DNA from: the human T2T-CHM13v2.0 reference genome, Homo sapiens
NCBI RefSeq assembly: GCF_009914755.1
Contig: NC_060926.1
Strand: one strand, 5' to 3'
DNA length: 64,000 nucleotides
Under the pieces are notes generated by a model. It did no database searches, was not told the origin of the DNA, and saw only the letters and a list, made by a program, of their open reading frames with translations. Shown here piece after piece: positions 46,204-61,925 of this stretch; positions within the stretch are counted from its first letter, which is position 1, and each line of letters begins with the position of its first letter. A program made the translations under genes and the position numbers.

Positions 46204-49200
46204 AAATCAGACAATTAGGCTTTATGATTAGAACATTTATATGAACAAAGACTAACATGTCATTGGTAGAGATTAGGAGTCTGCAGAATCCAAGAAGTCC
46301 CCAAGCTACAGACTCAATCCTTTCTCTTTGTCCTTTGATAAAACTTCCTCAAATCCATCTCCAAGCCTTCCCCCAAGATGGAGCCCACAGGATTATATCT
46401 AAGGCCTCTGCCCACAGAGTGAATGCCAATGCACCCCTTCCCTTTTTTTCTTCTTTAATGACCTTAACTCTTGTATATATGAATATAAAACACTCTTCAT
46501 TCTTCTCATTTTTGTATATATTTTTTGTCCTGTCGTCTTCTCTAACTTCTCCAACTTAACAAATTCTCTTCTGTAAACTATGTCTCAGATATCTCTCTCT
46601 TTCAAACAAAAGACTAATAATCCATACTCAGGGACACTTTAACTGTTGGTGTTTCTTCCCACCTGAAGACTTTACTTTTAAGTGATGTTCTCATGTTTGG
46701 GAAAACCACACATAATTCATTAAAACATGTTGCTTCTGCTCCTCAACACAAGTTTTAGGGGTGATCTCTATTTAATGTATTTTCACATGTGACTGTAGCC
46801 TTAAAACCATAAGAGATTAATAATAAAGTTTCTTTTACACTCCAGGGTCAGTTTTTACTTGGCAATATTAACTCCACTTATCACCAGGAGTTGTCAAGTA
46901 AAACAAAACAATTTTGTAAAAGGGTTCTCACTTTTCTCAACACTGCATAAAAATTCTTGAAAAAAACACTTTTCTCACTGTGTTTTTTGTTTTTTAAAGC
47001 AAAAAAGCAAGGTAGCAGGTTTAATGGGGAAAAACTGATTTCACTACCGTGTACTCTCCCTAGTATTCTGAAAATAATTGTGGGGCAATGGAGAACAGAT
47101 TGTCTCTTCACATCTCTTGTTAGGCAGGGAACCTGTCTAGACAGCAATCTTAAGGACAGCTGAGCTGCTTCCTGCAGGGTCATAGCTACTCTGCAGTGTG
47201 AGAGGGCCAGCCCAGTATGCTTTCAAGAGCCCAGGAAAGGTCACATATACAAAGAACTACCTTCCCCTTCCTGTGCTGATTCTTCATGCCTGAAATCTGT
47301 TGAAGAAAGACAAGTAGGATCCCAAGTGGTGCAAGGCTGAGGCAGGAAGCCAAACCAAAATAAAGAAAGGGAGGGAGTACCAGAGGAGACAGAAGGAAAT
47401 GTAGGGAGGAAGAGAAGAAAGAGAGCCAGGAAGGAGGCACGTTTTTATTCCAATGCTTTTCAGATTTTTCTGGATGTATGACCCAGGATAAGTCAGTTCC
47501 TTACTATAAAAGAGGAAGAAGGGCACAAGCCTCATGAAACTGTTGTGAGGATTAAACAAGGTCTTGCTATAGGAAACACATCAATGTATTAGTTAACGTG
47601 ATAAATGGTTTCCTTCCCCTCTCATGATTACATTTTTCAACTGTAAATTATTAATTCTATCAGGGAACAGAAAACTGGCGCTCTGTGTTTATAAGTCCAC
47701 ACTATAGCATAGATGGGTATCTCTGATCATTTCCTAACAAATTATCTTAGGAAGGTGAGCAAGCAAGGTAAAGAGTCTGCCCGGACGTTGGACTGTTAGA
47801 GAGCAGAAGGTAAAGCTTTATCGTGCTAATGCATATTTTTCAACTTTCAGTATTTTCTTAGCATGGGTTTTATTAGTTTGGCAGTGATAGTGGCAAGCAT
47901 AAGCTCAATGTCCCTTCGCCCAAATGACTCCATTTGTTGGACAAAAAGTTCTTCACCTTGTAAACATTCAGATGGATGTTAAGAAAGAGTTGGAGCAAAC
48001 CTGCTCCGATGTGGTTGGAGGAAGAAAAAGGTATGTTACAAAATATCCCCTTAATACTTTCAAATATCTGCCAGAATCTCATTTGGGGATTAGACCTAGC
48101 CTCAACAGAAAGAAGAACAAAACAGGAAAGCAAATGGAATTGTTTAGCACCATTTATATTTTAAGACATTAACATATGTCATCCGTGATCTCAGATCTTC
48201 TGTATAAAAATATAGAGTAAAAAAAATAAAATTACCAATGGCTATTAATGTTATTACATCATTACTATTTATTGAAATTTTTTTCTCACCAAAACAAAGC
48301 TAAGCATTTATATATTAATACATACTGTCAATTGAGGATTTGACCTATCTGCGTGGAACTTTGGAGTTGATGTAAACTTTAAAAAAATTCACTCCATCTG
48401 ACCATCCCTACCTCTGACATAGCACACCTGACAGCCATCATACTCCTTAGATGGAATCCAAAGATTCTACCTCTTCCTTGAATCACGATGCCCACTTAGA
48501 ATCAGTAGGCTAGCTATTTCTATTCGGAGCACTCCCTCCATGTTTTGTTTCTTGCTGCTGCTTCTTTTTTTTTTGTTCAATTCACAAACCTGTCTTCTTT
48601 CCCACCGGACTGGATCTTATCCTTCACAGCCCTCATGCATACTTAGAGAATAGCATGGGGCAAAACTGAAGAGAACCAGAGGGCTGCTTTTTCTTTTCAT
48701 ATCTCTTGTGGTGGCATTGGGGTTCTTATTGGCCTGGGTTAGGGACTGGCTCGGGGATGTTGGACATGAAGGCTTTGATGATGCTCTGCGCAGCTATCCA
48801 CTCACTCAAAGGACGAATGGACAAAAGCAGAATCTGATTCATCCATTAAAAAAATTGATTTTGAGGATGATGAAGAAACACAATAAAGAAAAAAGGAAAA
48901 ACGGTTCCTTCTGAAAGAAAACTTTAGTATGGGCAAAGTTCCTGTAAAGGCTCTTGAGTTATGAATAGAAACCGCAAAGACTTGACATTTATTGTGAACT
49001 TTCAAGGAATGCTGGACAAAATGTGATTCATATTTAGAAAAATAATAACTCGTAATGCAATGGTGCACTTCCAGCAAAACCCACTGGAAAACTCCATTTC
49101 TAAGATTGAAGAACCCTATCCTGTTGGATTTATAATGCTTCAAAAATGAAAATATGATGCCCAATTATTAATTATTATTGTTTGTTTGTTTAAGGTACAG

Positions 49201-51879
49201 AACAAAGTGAGGGCATATTTAAGGCTCTTAGACTCAGACTTAGCATGTGACTTCCCTAACATGAAGGGAGCAGTGTGAAGGCAGTAGCCCCTGGTTCTAA
49301 GAGCCAGCATCATCTGCATGGAGCAAAGGTCCAACAATTGATCTTATCCTTCAGAGCCTTACTCTTCCACATGCATAATGCGAGGGTAGCCTTCCACCAC
49401 CCCACATAGATGTGTCTTGTCCTTCTCTTCATGTTGGAAAAGAAAATGGGTAAAGACCAGGAGTAGCCTCAGTATAGACTGCACCTACAGCTAAAACCAA
49501 ACAGACTCAACTGTATATTTAGGGAAATGGGCTATATATTCACCTCCAGGAGAGAGAAGAGGCAGCATGACTTAGAAAAGCAGGGTAGTCATCTACAACA
49601 GGACCACTAAAGGATGACACAGGATCTGAGGACAAGAACTGAAAGAATAAAGAGAGGCAGGCAGCATATGGTGATAGTTATGAAGAAATCCACTTTCAGA
49701 CATTATGTCTTAAATATATATATATATGTTTTTGTTTTTTTTTTCCTGAAAGGGCATTGGGTTGACTTCTGCTTCAGTCACTGACATAACCTTTGCTTTT
49801 CTTTCTGAGAGTTACCTTGGGAGCAGCCCAATATGGATTTGACTTGTTCATTTGGCATGATTTAGTACCTGAGTTAGCTTTTCAGAAATCTTGCCAGTAT
49901 TAGCATTGTGTGCAGACGCTTCTCAGATGAGTGGCGTCTTGGGACATCAGCAGAGATGGTGCTATTAAATCACACAGCCAGTGTCCTCTGCCATTCTATG
50001 AAAGGCAGGCAAGAGTGCCGCAGCTTCCCGATGCCTCCAGATAAACTACAGGGCCTTTTAAGGAGTGCCCTGGGTAAGCTACCACGGTGGTGAGGTGCAT
50101 TTGGTTAAGTGTGATAGAGACAGCCAAGGTGGCGGCCATGGGCCACGGTGAGCTGTGTCAGCCTTTCCCATTGCATATGGCTGCCTGGCTGCCTCTATGG
50201 TGAAAGGTAACTGTGGGTAGTAGAAAAATGATTGGTGAAAAGAGAACAGGAATAGGAAAAGGGCAGAAAATGCCCACCGAGACAGGTAATCGGGGAAGAA
50301 CAAATAGACAGAGGGAGTGGAAAGACCGTGTTCACAGACCCCATGGCACATCCCTTCTAGCTGTGTGACCTTGCACCAGTTACCCTGGCTTCCATATCTC
50401 TTACGTAGGAAACCCAACAGGCTCTTGTGGCTGTGTTCTGATCCATTAGCCATTTGAGAAGCCCCTAACTTCCTTTCCCATCTTCTCTACCCTGCCATGT
50501 AGGTTGATTTTATTTTTTATTCATTTCTAAGTTCCTGAGAACTATAGTAACAACCCCATATGGCTGTCACTCAGATAGAAAGAAGGTTATTGCTTTTTCA
50601 AAACAGGATAGAGTTACAGCAGCGATATAAAATGTTGGCTTTCATCGAGTAATTTCAGATGTCCTGTTGGCTCTCCTGTCCTCTGCAAATGCTCTTTCTC
50701 TGTTCACTGGCCGGAAGCTGCTTCGTCTCCTTCAGCAAGGTCAGAGAAAGGAGCTGAAGTATATTTTCTGCTAGATATTGAACACACAAATTATGGTACC
50801 CCATTTGGCCAGCCACAAAATGCCCTTGCCTCGTTTTTGATCACTGGGGTGCCAGCACAACAGTATCACCACAAACCCTCAGCACGTTGCTAATTTGAGC
50901 TGTTATCTTGATATGATGGCAGCTCCTGGATGGGCACCAAGAGTCATAAGAAGGCAGAGGAATGGTCAGATTGGCTATGTGAGCAGCCATCACCAGAGTC
51001 CTTGGGGTCATCCTGCGAGCTGAAGTCCTTGGCGGCCACATTTTGCAAATTATTTCTGTCTTTAACTCAGACTCTTGGCTTTCTCCTATCTCTGGTGTTG
51101 GGAATTGACTATTTCCTCAGAGTCAAGGTCTATCTACTAGAGCAAAGGGCAAGGTGTCCTAGCCATTCTGGGCATTCAGTAAAGGTCAAGCTTTTTTTTG
51201 TACACAGAGTAAATACAGACACACAGCTCTCTGAGGAAAATGGTCCAGAAAGGATTTCTGTCAGCCAAATTTGGTTATGTTTTAGGTTCTTTATCAGCAA
51301 ATAGGAATACTATGACTCCCTTCCTCACTTAGATGTAAGCCAGTCTCTTTCGGCCAGCTTATTAGCTCAGAGGCTATCTTCATTTGTCCTTGTGTACTCA
51401 AAGGCTGGCCATAGGACCTACTCATGAATGACGCCAAAATGCTGAATGATTTAGGAATTAAGGCTTTAACATTTCTATTTACTTTTCTCTGTCAGTATTT
51501 AATGAAATGCAGTTTTCATTTCTTTTAGACTTTCATAGTTTCCATATCCCTCATGCCTATATTTAAAATAAATTATGTAGAGAAAGGCTGCATTTTTCCT
51601 CTTGAAATAGCAGTGAAATTTGTAGGAATTCTTGAGAGTACCAAGAAATATATCCACATGAAGATGGATGTGATAATTAACTTGGTATAAGTCATTGTTA
51701 AATAACTACTAAAATATTTTTTATTTTTTTAAATAACTACTAAAATATATTTGTCTGATTATAAAAGTGAGACGTGCTCAGTTTAGAAATTGCTAAATTC
51801 CAAAAACTTAGAAAATATGAAACACTTGTAATTAAATCAGTGAGTAATATTGACTTTTAATATTTTTGATATCATGGTC

Positions 51880-52188
51880 CTTTTCTCTTTTTCTTTCTTT
51901 CTTTTGAGACATGGCCTCACTCTATCACCCAGGCTAGAATGCATTGGCCGAGTCTGGGCTCACTGCCACCTCTGACCCCGGGGATCAAGGGATCCTTCTG
52001 CCTCAGCCTTCCCAGTAGCTGGGTCTGCAGGCATGCACCATCATGCCCAGCATTTTTTTAGTATTTTTAGTACAGACAGGATCTCGCCATGTTGCTCAAG
52101 CTGATCTCGAACTTCTGAGCTCTAGCAATCTGTCCTTCTTGACCTCCCAAAGTGCCGGGATTACAGGTGTGAGCCATGGCACCCGGCA
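51880..52188 (-). mobile_element. AluJ
   Basis: Diverged dimer with J-type features (atctcgccatgttgc, ctgagctctagcaatc); TSD TATCATGGTC at 51870-51879 and 52190-52199. Confidence 0.9.
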
Positions 52189-52226
52189 GTATCATGGTCT
52201 TTACTTTGGTATGTTTGTAAATGCTT

Positions 52227-52239
52227 GCTCTCTCTCTGG

Positions 52240-52273
<34 letters not shown>

Positions 52274-52293
52274 ACATGTGTATGTGTGTGTGC
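52227..52293. repeat. (CT)n(GT)n compound microsatellite
   Basis: Read directly from the sequence. Confidence 0.9.
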
Positions 52294-52319
52294 ATAAATT
52301 GTTTGCACAGTAATATATA

Positions 52320-54661
52320 CAGGGCACCTCACTTTTTTGCACTCTGCTTTATTTCACTTTGCAGATATTATACTTTTTAAAAATTGAATGTTTTTGGAAA
52401 CCCTGAAATGAGCAATCTATTGGCACCATCTTTCCAATAGCATGTGCTTATTTATTGTTTTCATTACATATTGGTAATTCTCACACATTTTTCACACAGT
52501 TATTATTATATCTGTTATGGTGACCTGTGACCAGTGATCTTTAATGTTAGTTATCCTTTTCCTTGTTTCAGGGCACCAAAAGTGCACCTCTATAAGACAG
52601 CAAACATAAGTGATAAGTGTTGTGTGTTATGACTACTCCACTGATGGGCCATTCCCCTATCTCACTCCCTCTCCTTGGGCCTCCTTATTGCCTGACACAC
52701 AACAATAAATATTGAAAATAGAACAACTAATAACCATGCAATAGCCTCTCAGTACTCAAGTGAAAGGAAGATTTGCACCTCTCTCACTTTAAGTCAAAGC
52801 TAGAAATGTTCAAGCTTAGCAAGGGAGACAAGACAAAAGCCAAGACAAGCTGAGGCCTAGGCCTCTTGTACCAGTTAGCTAAGTTCTGAGTGTGAAGAAA
52901 AAGTTCCTGAAGGAAATTAAAAGTGCTACCTCAGTGAGCCCACAAATGATAAGAATGCAAAACAGCCTTGAAAATGTTAGTAGTCTGGACAGATGATCAA
53001 ACCAACCACAGCATTTTCTTAAGCAGTAGCCCAATCTAGAGAAAAGCCTTAACTCCTTTCCATTCTGTAATGGCTGAAAGAGGAGAGAAAGCTTCAGAAG
53101 AAATATCTGAAACTAGCACAGCTCTGCTTATGAGGTTTAAGGAAAGAAACTGTCTCCATAACATACAAGTGCAAAGTGAAGCAGTAAGTGCTAATGTAGA
53201 ATTTGCAGGGAATTATCCAGAAGATCTAGATGTCATCACTGATGAAGGTGGCTACACTAAACAGATTTTCAATGTAGACAAAACAGCCTTTCTTTTGGAA
53301 GAGAATGTGATCTAGGACTTTCATAGCTAGAGAGGAGAAGTCAATGCCTATTTTCAAAGCTTCACAGAACAGGCTCTTTCTAGGGGTTCATGCCTCTGGT
53401 GTCTTAACATTGAAACCAATGCTCATTTACCATTCTGAAAATTCTAGGGCCCTTAAGAAGTATGCTGATATAATCTACTTGTGCCTCATAAATGGAACAA
53501 CAAAACCTGAATGGCAGTACATCTGTCTATAGCATGATTTCCTGAATATGTTAAGCCCACTGTTGAGATTTACTGCTCAGGAAAAAAAAAAAAAAGATTC
53601 ATTTCAAAATATTACTGCTCATTGACAATGCACCTGGTTACCCAAGATCTCTGATAAAAATGTTCAAGGAAGTTAGTGTGTTTTCATGTCTGCTAACACA
53701 ACATCCATTCTGCAGCCCATGGATCAAGCAGTAATTTTGACTTTCAAGTCTTATTGTTTAAAAAATACGTGTTGTAAGGCTATAGCTGCCAGTTAGTGGT
53801 TCTTCTGATGGATCTGGGTAGAGTAAATTGAAAACTTTCTGGAGAGGATTCACTATTCTAGATGCCACTAATAACATCTGTGATTCAAAAAGGAGGTAAA
53901 AATATCAACATTAACAGGAGTTTAGAAGAAGTTGATTCCAACCCTGATGGATGAATTTGAGAGTTTCAGCAGAGAAAGTAACTGTAGATGTGGTGGAAAG
54001 AGCTAGAGAAATAGAACTAAAAGTGGAACCTGAAGATGTGACTGAATTGCTGCAATTTCATGATAGACTCTAAAGTGTGAGACGTTGCTACTTATGGATG
54101 AGCAAAAAAAGTGATTGCTTGAGATGGCATCCACTCCTGGTGAAGAGGCTGTGAACATTGTTGAAATGACAGCAAAGAATTTAGAATATGAATTTGAGAG
54201 GATTTACTCAAATTTTGAAAAACGTTCTACTTTGGATAAAAGGCTATCAAAGAGCATCACATGCTACAGAAATATCTTTCATGAAAGGAAGAGTCAATCC
54301 ATGTGGCAAACTTCATTGTTGTCCTATTTTAAGAAATTGCCACAGCCATCCTAATCTTCAACAACCAACACCCTGATCAGTCAGCAGCCAACAACACTGA
54401 GGCAAGACCCTCCACCAGCAAAAACGTTATGACTTGCTGAAGGCTCAGGTGATCATTAGCATTTTTTAACAATAAAATATGTTTAATTAAAGTAAGTACA
54501 TTTTTTTTAGACATAATGTTATGCACACTTAATAAACTATAGTGCAAACAACTTTTATATGCACTAGGAAACCAAAAAATGTGTATGATTATCTTTATTG
54601 CAATATTTGCTTTACTTAAATGGTCTGGAACAAGACTTGCAATATTTCTAAGTTATGTCTG
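52320..54661 (+). mobile_element. Near-full-length Tigger1 DNA transposon with decayed transposase
   Basis: TA-flanked TIR remnants (cagggcacctc / aagttatgtctg); pogo-type fragments [37 protein letters not shown]. Confidence 0.92.
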
Positions 54662-54903
54662 TATGGGCATGTATACATCACACAAGTGGGATCTACACAT
54701 ACATATGTATGTATAGAAGCTTACATATATATAATTTAGTACGCTACTTTTGTTCAACATTAATTTACATTATGATCTTTCCCTTGTCATTAAATGCTCC
54801 ACAAAAGTTTGATTGAATTAATTAATTTATTTTTAATGGCTTTTATACTCTTTTATTCCTTATAATTTTTTTGCCAAATAATATCCGTATATTCTCCTGT
54901 GAT

Positions 54904-55449
54904 CTTTTTTATAATTTCAACTTTTATTTTAGATTCATGGGGTACACGTACAAGTTTGTTACATGGGTATATTGCACGATGCTTAGGTTTGGGGTACATA
55001 TGGTTCCATCACCCGGGTAGTGAGCATAGTACCCAATAGGTAGTTTTTCAGCCCTTGCCCCCACCCAAGTAGTCCCCATTCTCTATTGTTCTCATCTTTA
55101 TGGACACCACACCCAATGTTTAGCCCCCACTTATAAGTGAGAATACGCAGTATTTGGTTTTCTGTTCCCATGTTAATTTGCTTAAGATGATGGCTTCCAG
55201 CTACATCCATGTTGCTGCAGAGGACATGGCTTTATTCATTTTTATGGCTGCAAAATATTCCATTGTGTATATGTACCACATTTGTAACACATTTTCTTTA
55301 TGCAGTCCACAACTGATGGGCACCTAGGTTGATTTCATGTCTTTGCTATTGTGAACAGTGCTACAATGAATATACTAGTGCCTGTGTCTTTTTGGCAGAG
55401 CAATTTGTTCTCATTTGGGTCTATATGTGGTAATAGGATTACTGGGTCA
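54904..55449 (-). mobile_element. L1 3' fragment (L1PA15/16 to L1PB age)
   Basis: tttcaacttttattttagattcatggggtac...catagtacccaatagg...cccacttataagtgagaa; ORF2 C-terminal remnant. Confidence 0.85.
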
Positions 55450-55905
55450 TGTGTGAATTTTCACTCTTATAAATTAAAATGTGGAAACGAACACACTAGT
55501 TTGGTAGTCCTTGTGGCTGAAAATACTGAGTCCACAGGAGAGCTCCAAAGTTTGCTATGTTCTTTGCTTCCCCATTTCCAGGATCTTTCTCCTCCTTTCT
55601 AATGTCTTCCTTGTTCTCCATGTCCCTGGTCTAAAGAAGTGATGGCACATGCTGTGCGTGCTCCCTAGACTTCAGTTCCCTTAAAACATGGCAAATGACC
55701 ATTAAGTAAGAGGAGACAATACCACTATTTCACATCTCATTCTGGGGGAACATGAATTAATTTCTATGGATGAAATAAAGAGAAGGAAAGCCATTTACTG
55801 AACTTGATGATGAAAGATTGTCAAAGTAGGAAACTCAGAGCTCTGAAGCAGTCCTCCTTCTAAGGGTCTTGTCACCTTTACATCAGGAAGCACTCAATTG
55901 GATAG

Positions 55906-56839
<934 letters not shown>

Positions 56840-57220
56840 ACGGGCAGACAGCTATTTATTTACTTCCAAAACAACTTCTGGGTTCTCTATCAGAAAGTGT
56901 GATGAGAAAACAGAAGCTATTAGGTAGAACAGGTCTGGACTCAAATCCTGACTCTTGTATCTGAAACGTTATATATCTAGATATGCCATTTCTTCCCTTT
57001 CCATGTGTCCTAATCTGTCCTAATCTAAAAAGTGGCAAAAATCCCCTATTTATGTTGGTGGCTTGGAGAAACAGATACATGAATGTATGAGCAATGCTGG
57101 GCATGTTTTAGATATTTTTAATCAATGCTCATTCTGTGTGTGCGCACGCACACAAAGCACACACAAACACACTTCTCGCAGAACCTCATAGCAAGGAGAT
57201 ATTTGGGGTAAATGCTGTAA

Positions 57221-57742
<522 letters not shown>

Positions 57743-57879
57743 TAGAAATTAACACCCTCATTTACCCAGGCATCCGCTAGGCTATAAAATCAATTCCTTT
57801 ATTATTCCTTGCTGTCTAATTCCTCTATCTTTTGAATAGAAGTGTTGCTTTCCACTAGACCTTATCCAAGTTCTTAATA

Positions 57880-58300
57880 TTATCATTCAGTTTCTAGGAC
57901 TACAAGCTAGGCTGAGCACTCTAATTATAGTCTAACCAACCTGATCAAAATTTGGGAATTAATTGGTAGTTCCTACATGCTGAGATCTCCCATAGTAATT
58001 TCAATGTTTTTGTTTAATGTTTTATTTAATGCTTTGTTTAATGCTTTAATCTGCTTTTGGAAACCACTATTTAGCTTGTGTTCCATTAAGACTACCGAGT
58101 CAACTTTGATCTCAGTTCCTCAGAGGTAGTGCTCATTCTCCACCTTGGAACTGAAGTGTTTTTGTTGTGATGGTGATGGTGGCAGTTGAATTTTTGGTTT
58201 TGGACTTTTTTTAAAGAACTTCTAAGTTCACCTTTTAAGATTTTCACATTTATCCTGCTTGAACTCTAGATAGTGTGCTCATTATCACAGACTTCATATA
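57880..58300 (-). mobile_element. L3/CR1-like LINE fragment
   Basis: ctgagcactctaattatagtctaacc..., ttcacatttatcctgcttgaactc resemble antisense CR1 RT. Confidence 0.45.
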
Positions 58301-58366
58301 GCCTGTAAATAGATAGCAACAGCAATAGTTTGAATATGAATACAATACTTGTGAAAAGCTCTCTGA

Positions 58367-58376
58367 TTTTTATTTG

Positions 58377-58407
<31 letters not shown>

Positions 58408-58461
58408 TTTTGTGTGTGTGTGAGAGACAGAGTCTTGCTCTGTCACCCAGGCTGGAGTGCA
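58367..58461 (-). mobile_element. Short Alu 3' fragment with (TTTA)n tail
   Basis: gagacagagtcttgctctgtcacccaggctggagtgca. Confidence 0.85.
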
Positions 58462-58599
58462 TTGCATTTTTAGAGCTCTTTCAAGAAAGGCTGTATTGAT
58501 ATTAGTGTTTCACCCACTCACTCCCATTCCATACCCCACCCAGCCCGTGACCCTGGCTTTGCATTCTCATGTACCTGCACTCATTCTCTAACTTCAGCT

Positions 58600-58912
58600 G
58601 CTTATTATTATTATTTTTTTTAATTTTGATATGGAGTCTTGCTCTGTGGCCCAGGCTGGAGTACAGCAGTAGCGTGATCTCAGCTCCCTGCAACTTCTGC
58701 CTCCCAGGTTCAAGCAATTCTCCTGCCTTAGCCTCCTGAGTAGCTGGGATTACAGGCATGTGCCACCATGCCCGGCTAATTTTTGTATTTTTTGTAGAGA
58801 CGAGGTTTTGCCATGTTGGCCAGGCTGGTCTCGAACTCCTGACCTTAGGTGATCTGCCCGCCTTGACCTCTTAAAGTGCTGGGATTACAGGCGTGAAGCA
58901 TCATGCCCGGCC
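58600..58912 (-). mobile_element. Full-length AluS
   Basis: Dimeric Alu; TSD TAACTTCAG at 58589-58597 and 58913-58921. Confidence 0.95.
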
Positions 58913-61049
58913 TAACTTCAGTTATTGGTACTGAACACATCAATTTTGCTTAGGAAAAGGTATGAAGGCTTTCTTTGATTTTATTCTCCTTCCTTTTTTA
59001 AAAAATCACAAAACAACAAAGTTAGAGCTTTTTCTTAGAGTGATTACATTATTGTATGATGCTGCATTCTACCAAACCAGAGCAATCATCATTCAAGATG
59101 AAAATGCTTCCTTTAATTATATGAAATGTCAGTCTGCAAGTTGCACGGCATGGAAGGGGTTGGGTTATTCCAAATCACCAAAAGACAAATGTATTTACAA
59201 CTTCTATTAAAATCCTAACCCTGTAGCTTTAACAAAATTAACAGGATTTCGATGCATTCCTGGTAAGTTTGACTTATAAATTTCAATTCTTGGCCCCCAT
59301 GCCAAAGCTTGATGTTGCTCATCTGCTTCTTTCTGCTCCCCGAAGATAGAGCTATTTCAGGAGACACGTTTTGTATTTCCATCAAAACCAGGGAGAGCTT
59401 CATTAAAAAATAAACCCATGATTCTTTTCCATTTTTTTTTTCTACCTAGGTAATTTGGGTAATTCCACAGTGAATGAAAGAGATGAAAAGATGTGATTTA
59501 AGACACATTAAGGATGTAAATATATACAAAAATTTGGCTTCTTGTCTCTTCTCCAACAATTAATTTCATGAAAGTGTTTTCTGGTGGCTTACAAACAATG
59601 CATGAACATGCACAATGGTCTTTGACAGGATGTCAAAGAGCCTGCATGGCTGAGATGACTTCCATCACAGAAAATCAATTTCCTGTAAATAGTGAAGAAG
59701 CAAAGATTTTAGGCCAACATCAGATATGATTCTCGAGAATCTATTTCCTGCTTGTTTTCTGGAAGCGCTTGGTGGAAATTTGAAATAGATATTTTGCCCC
59801 ATCAATTAATTTCTTATTTTTTCATCATCATCAGAAATATCAAAGTTAATATTTTATCAATATTTTAGACCCCATTTTGTTCCAACAGTACATTCAATAC
59901 AGTTAAAAAATAAATATTGAGTGTTTCCTGTTTGCAATCTGAATATACATATAAATGCTAGTGAGAAATGAAGAAAATAAAGATTCAGTAACCAAAGCCT
60001 AAATCTACATAAATTGAAAATAAAATGATAAGTTTAGAAATATTTAGATAAGGTTAAAATTGCATATAAATTCAAGATGAGTTTTATTATGACTCATTAT
60101 AACTAATTCCAACAGTTGATAGAAATCATTTAAAGAATTGTAATACTGTTTGGTAATATGTTATGTGGAAACATAGTTAGGAAATCTTTCCACTTCCTCA
60201 GTCTGGATTTCAGGAAATGAAAGCCCCCCCAATCTCCCCCCAAATAATTCAAGCTCTGCTGTGTAAGTTATAGGAAATACCCTCCCCTGCCAGCTCATTT
60301 CCTCTTATTGTTCACCTTGAATGGGGCCCTCAGCTACCTTTTCATGCCTCCCTCTCCCTACAGATGTATCAAGCCTGGTAAAAGCCAAGGGCTTCCACAG
60401 GAAAAGAGCTAGGTCAGAGATACCCAAGGCCACCATGAAGTCCCCTTCTGTAAGAGAATGTGAAGGGGAGTTTGAGAAAAGCCAGAATTTAAAAAAAAAA
60501 AATTCTAGCCAGTCAACTCATTTAGACCAATACATTAACAAGAAAAGGAACCAAGTTTCTTCTGTGTTCACATTTTCGATGTAATTTTGTATTTAATTCC
60601 ATCTAAATATTAATTTTATAGTTATATTGCATATTTTATAAAATGTTAGATATTTATTTGAATAACTATAGTAATTAGGATAGTACTTTGCCTTGAAGAC
60701 TCAATAAATAATTGTAGAATTAATTAAAGTATGTAAGAATTTTTGTGTTCGTAAGAGTGATTTTATGTTTCTGCATCAAAATTATATTGAGTAGGAGTTT
60801 CTTTTTTGTATATAATCAAGCTGTAGCAACATAGTATATTAAGCATCATAAAGATATTCTAGGAATATAAATTACCTATGTGCAAATAACCCTATATTCA
60901 GGTTTTCCTTTTTTTTTTACATTTTTAAAATTATTTCTTTCTTTCTAGCTAGCTGCCTATCTCCTGGTATATTTTTATTCTATATCTAATGAAACTAGTT
61001 GATCTAGCTAACAGGTTAAGTGGATAAAGTGTCCCATTGAATTACATGA

Positions 61050-61280
61050 AAATTGTTCTGCACTAACTGAGAAAGGCTTACTTCCAGCCCTGGCTCTGAT
61101 CTTCACTGTATGTATGTACTTGAGCAAGTCATTTCGTTTTATGTGTGCTATTTCTTCCTTAACTAACAAATAGAAATCATGTATCTCCTGCCTGCATCAC
61201 TGGCTAAGGTGAAGATCAACTAAGATTATAAATGCGCTCTGAGATGTAGAAAATGCTATATATTTATAAGATGGTATCAT
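61050..61280 (+). mobile_element. MIR SINE
   Basis: ttccagccctggctctg...cttgagcaagtcattt...gtgaagatcaactaagat...aaaatgctata. Confidence 0.6.
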
Positions 61281-61809
61281 TTGTACAATGATGATGATGG
61301 TATTAATTATGTGACAGACTAATCTTTAATATACACAGCAGGATTTTCTCTTTTACCCTTTCAATCCTGATTTAATTGATAGCTATTTCTGGATCTAAGA
61401 TATGTTGAGATTCAAAGCTGGCACTGGGACAGAGGGAATGTCATGATTCCAAAATGTATTAGACATAAAGTCATCCAAACAGCTATAATATGTAGAGTTT
61501 TGTTTTGACTCATACAAGTTTAATTATCTGTAATTTAAGAAAAGTGGCTTTAATACTAACTACTTACAAATATAATTTCTTCTCACAATAATCAGAATTG
61601 GGAGCGCACTTTTAGCCATTACATTAATCTAGTTTTCCTTTGTGACAGAAAACTATATATGTGTCCGTTCCTTATTTATCCTTCATATGAATATTGTTTA
61701 TCAGCACTGGAAATCTCACCCTCACATCCTCTTCAAATGAAATATGAAAAAATGATTAGTCTACACACAGGCACTCCTCCTTAAATATAATGCTAGGTGA
61801 ATTTACAAA

Positions 61810-61925
61810 CAGTTATCTCAATGAATTATCAAAATATTTCTAACAAGGGATTGATTGTCCCAATTTTACGGATGACAAAACTGAGACTCAGGAAGCGGAA
61901 GTAACTTGCCAAAGCTCACACAGTA
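61810..61925 (-). mobile_element. MIR SINE core
   Basis: ccaattttacggatgacaaaactgagactcagg...aagtaacttgccaaagctcacacag. Confidence 0.75.

Noticed and set aside
53070-54376. Transposase-like ORFs as a domesticated TIGD gene
   Set aside because: Short fragments in different frames inside a TIR-bounded Tigger1; consistent with neutral decay
58348-58485. Weak inverted similarity flanking the short Alu fragment (cttgtgaaaagctct / agagctctttcaag)
   Set aside because: About 14 bp, gapped and centred on the self-complementary AGCT; could be chance
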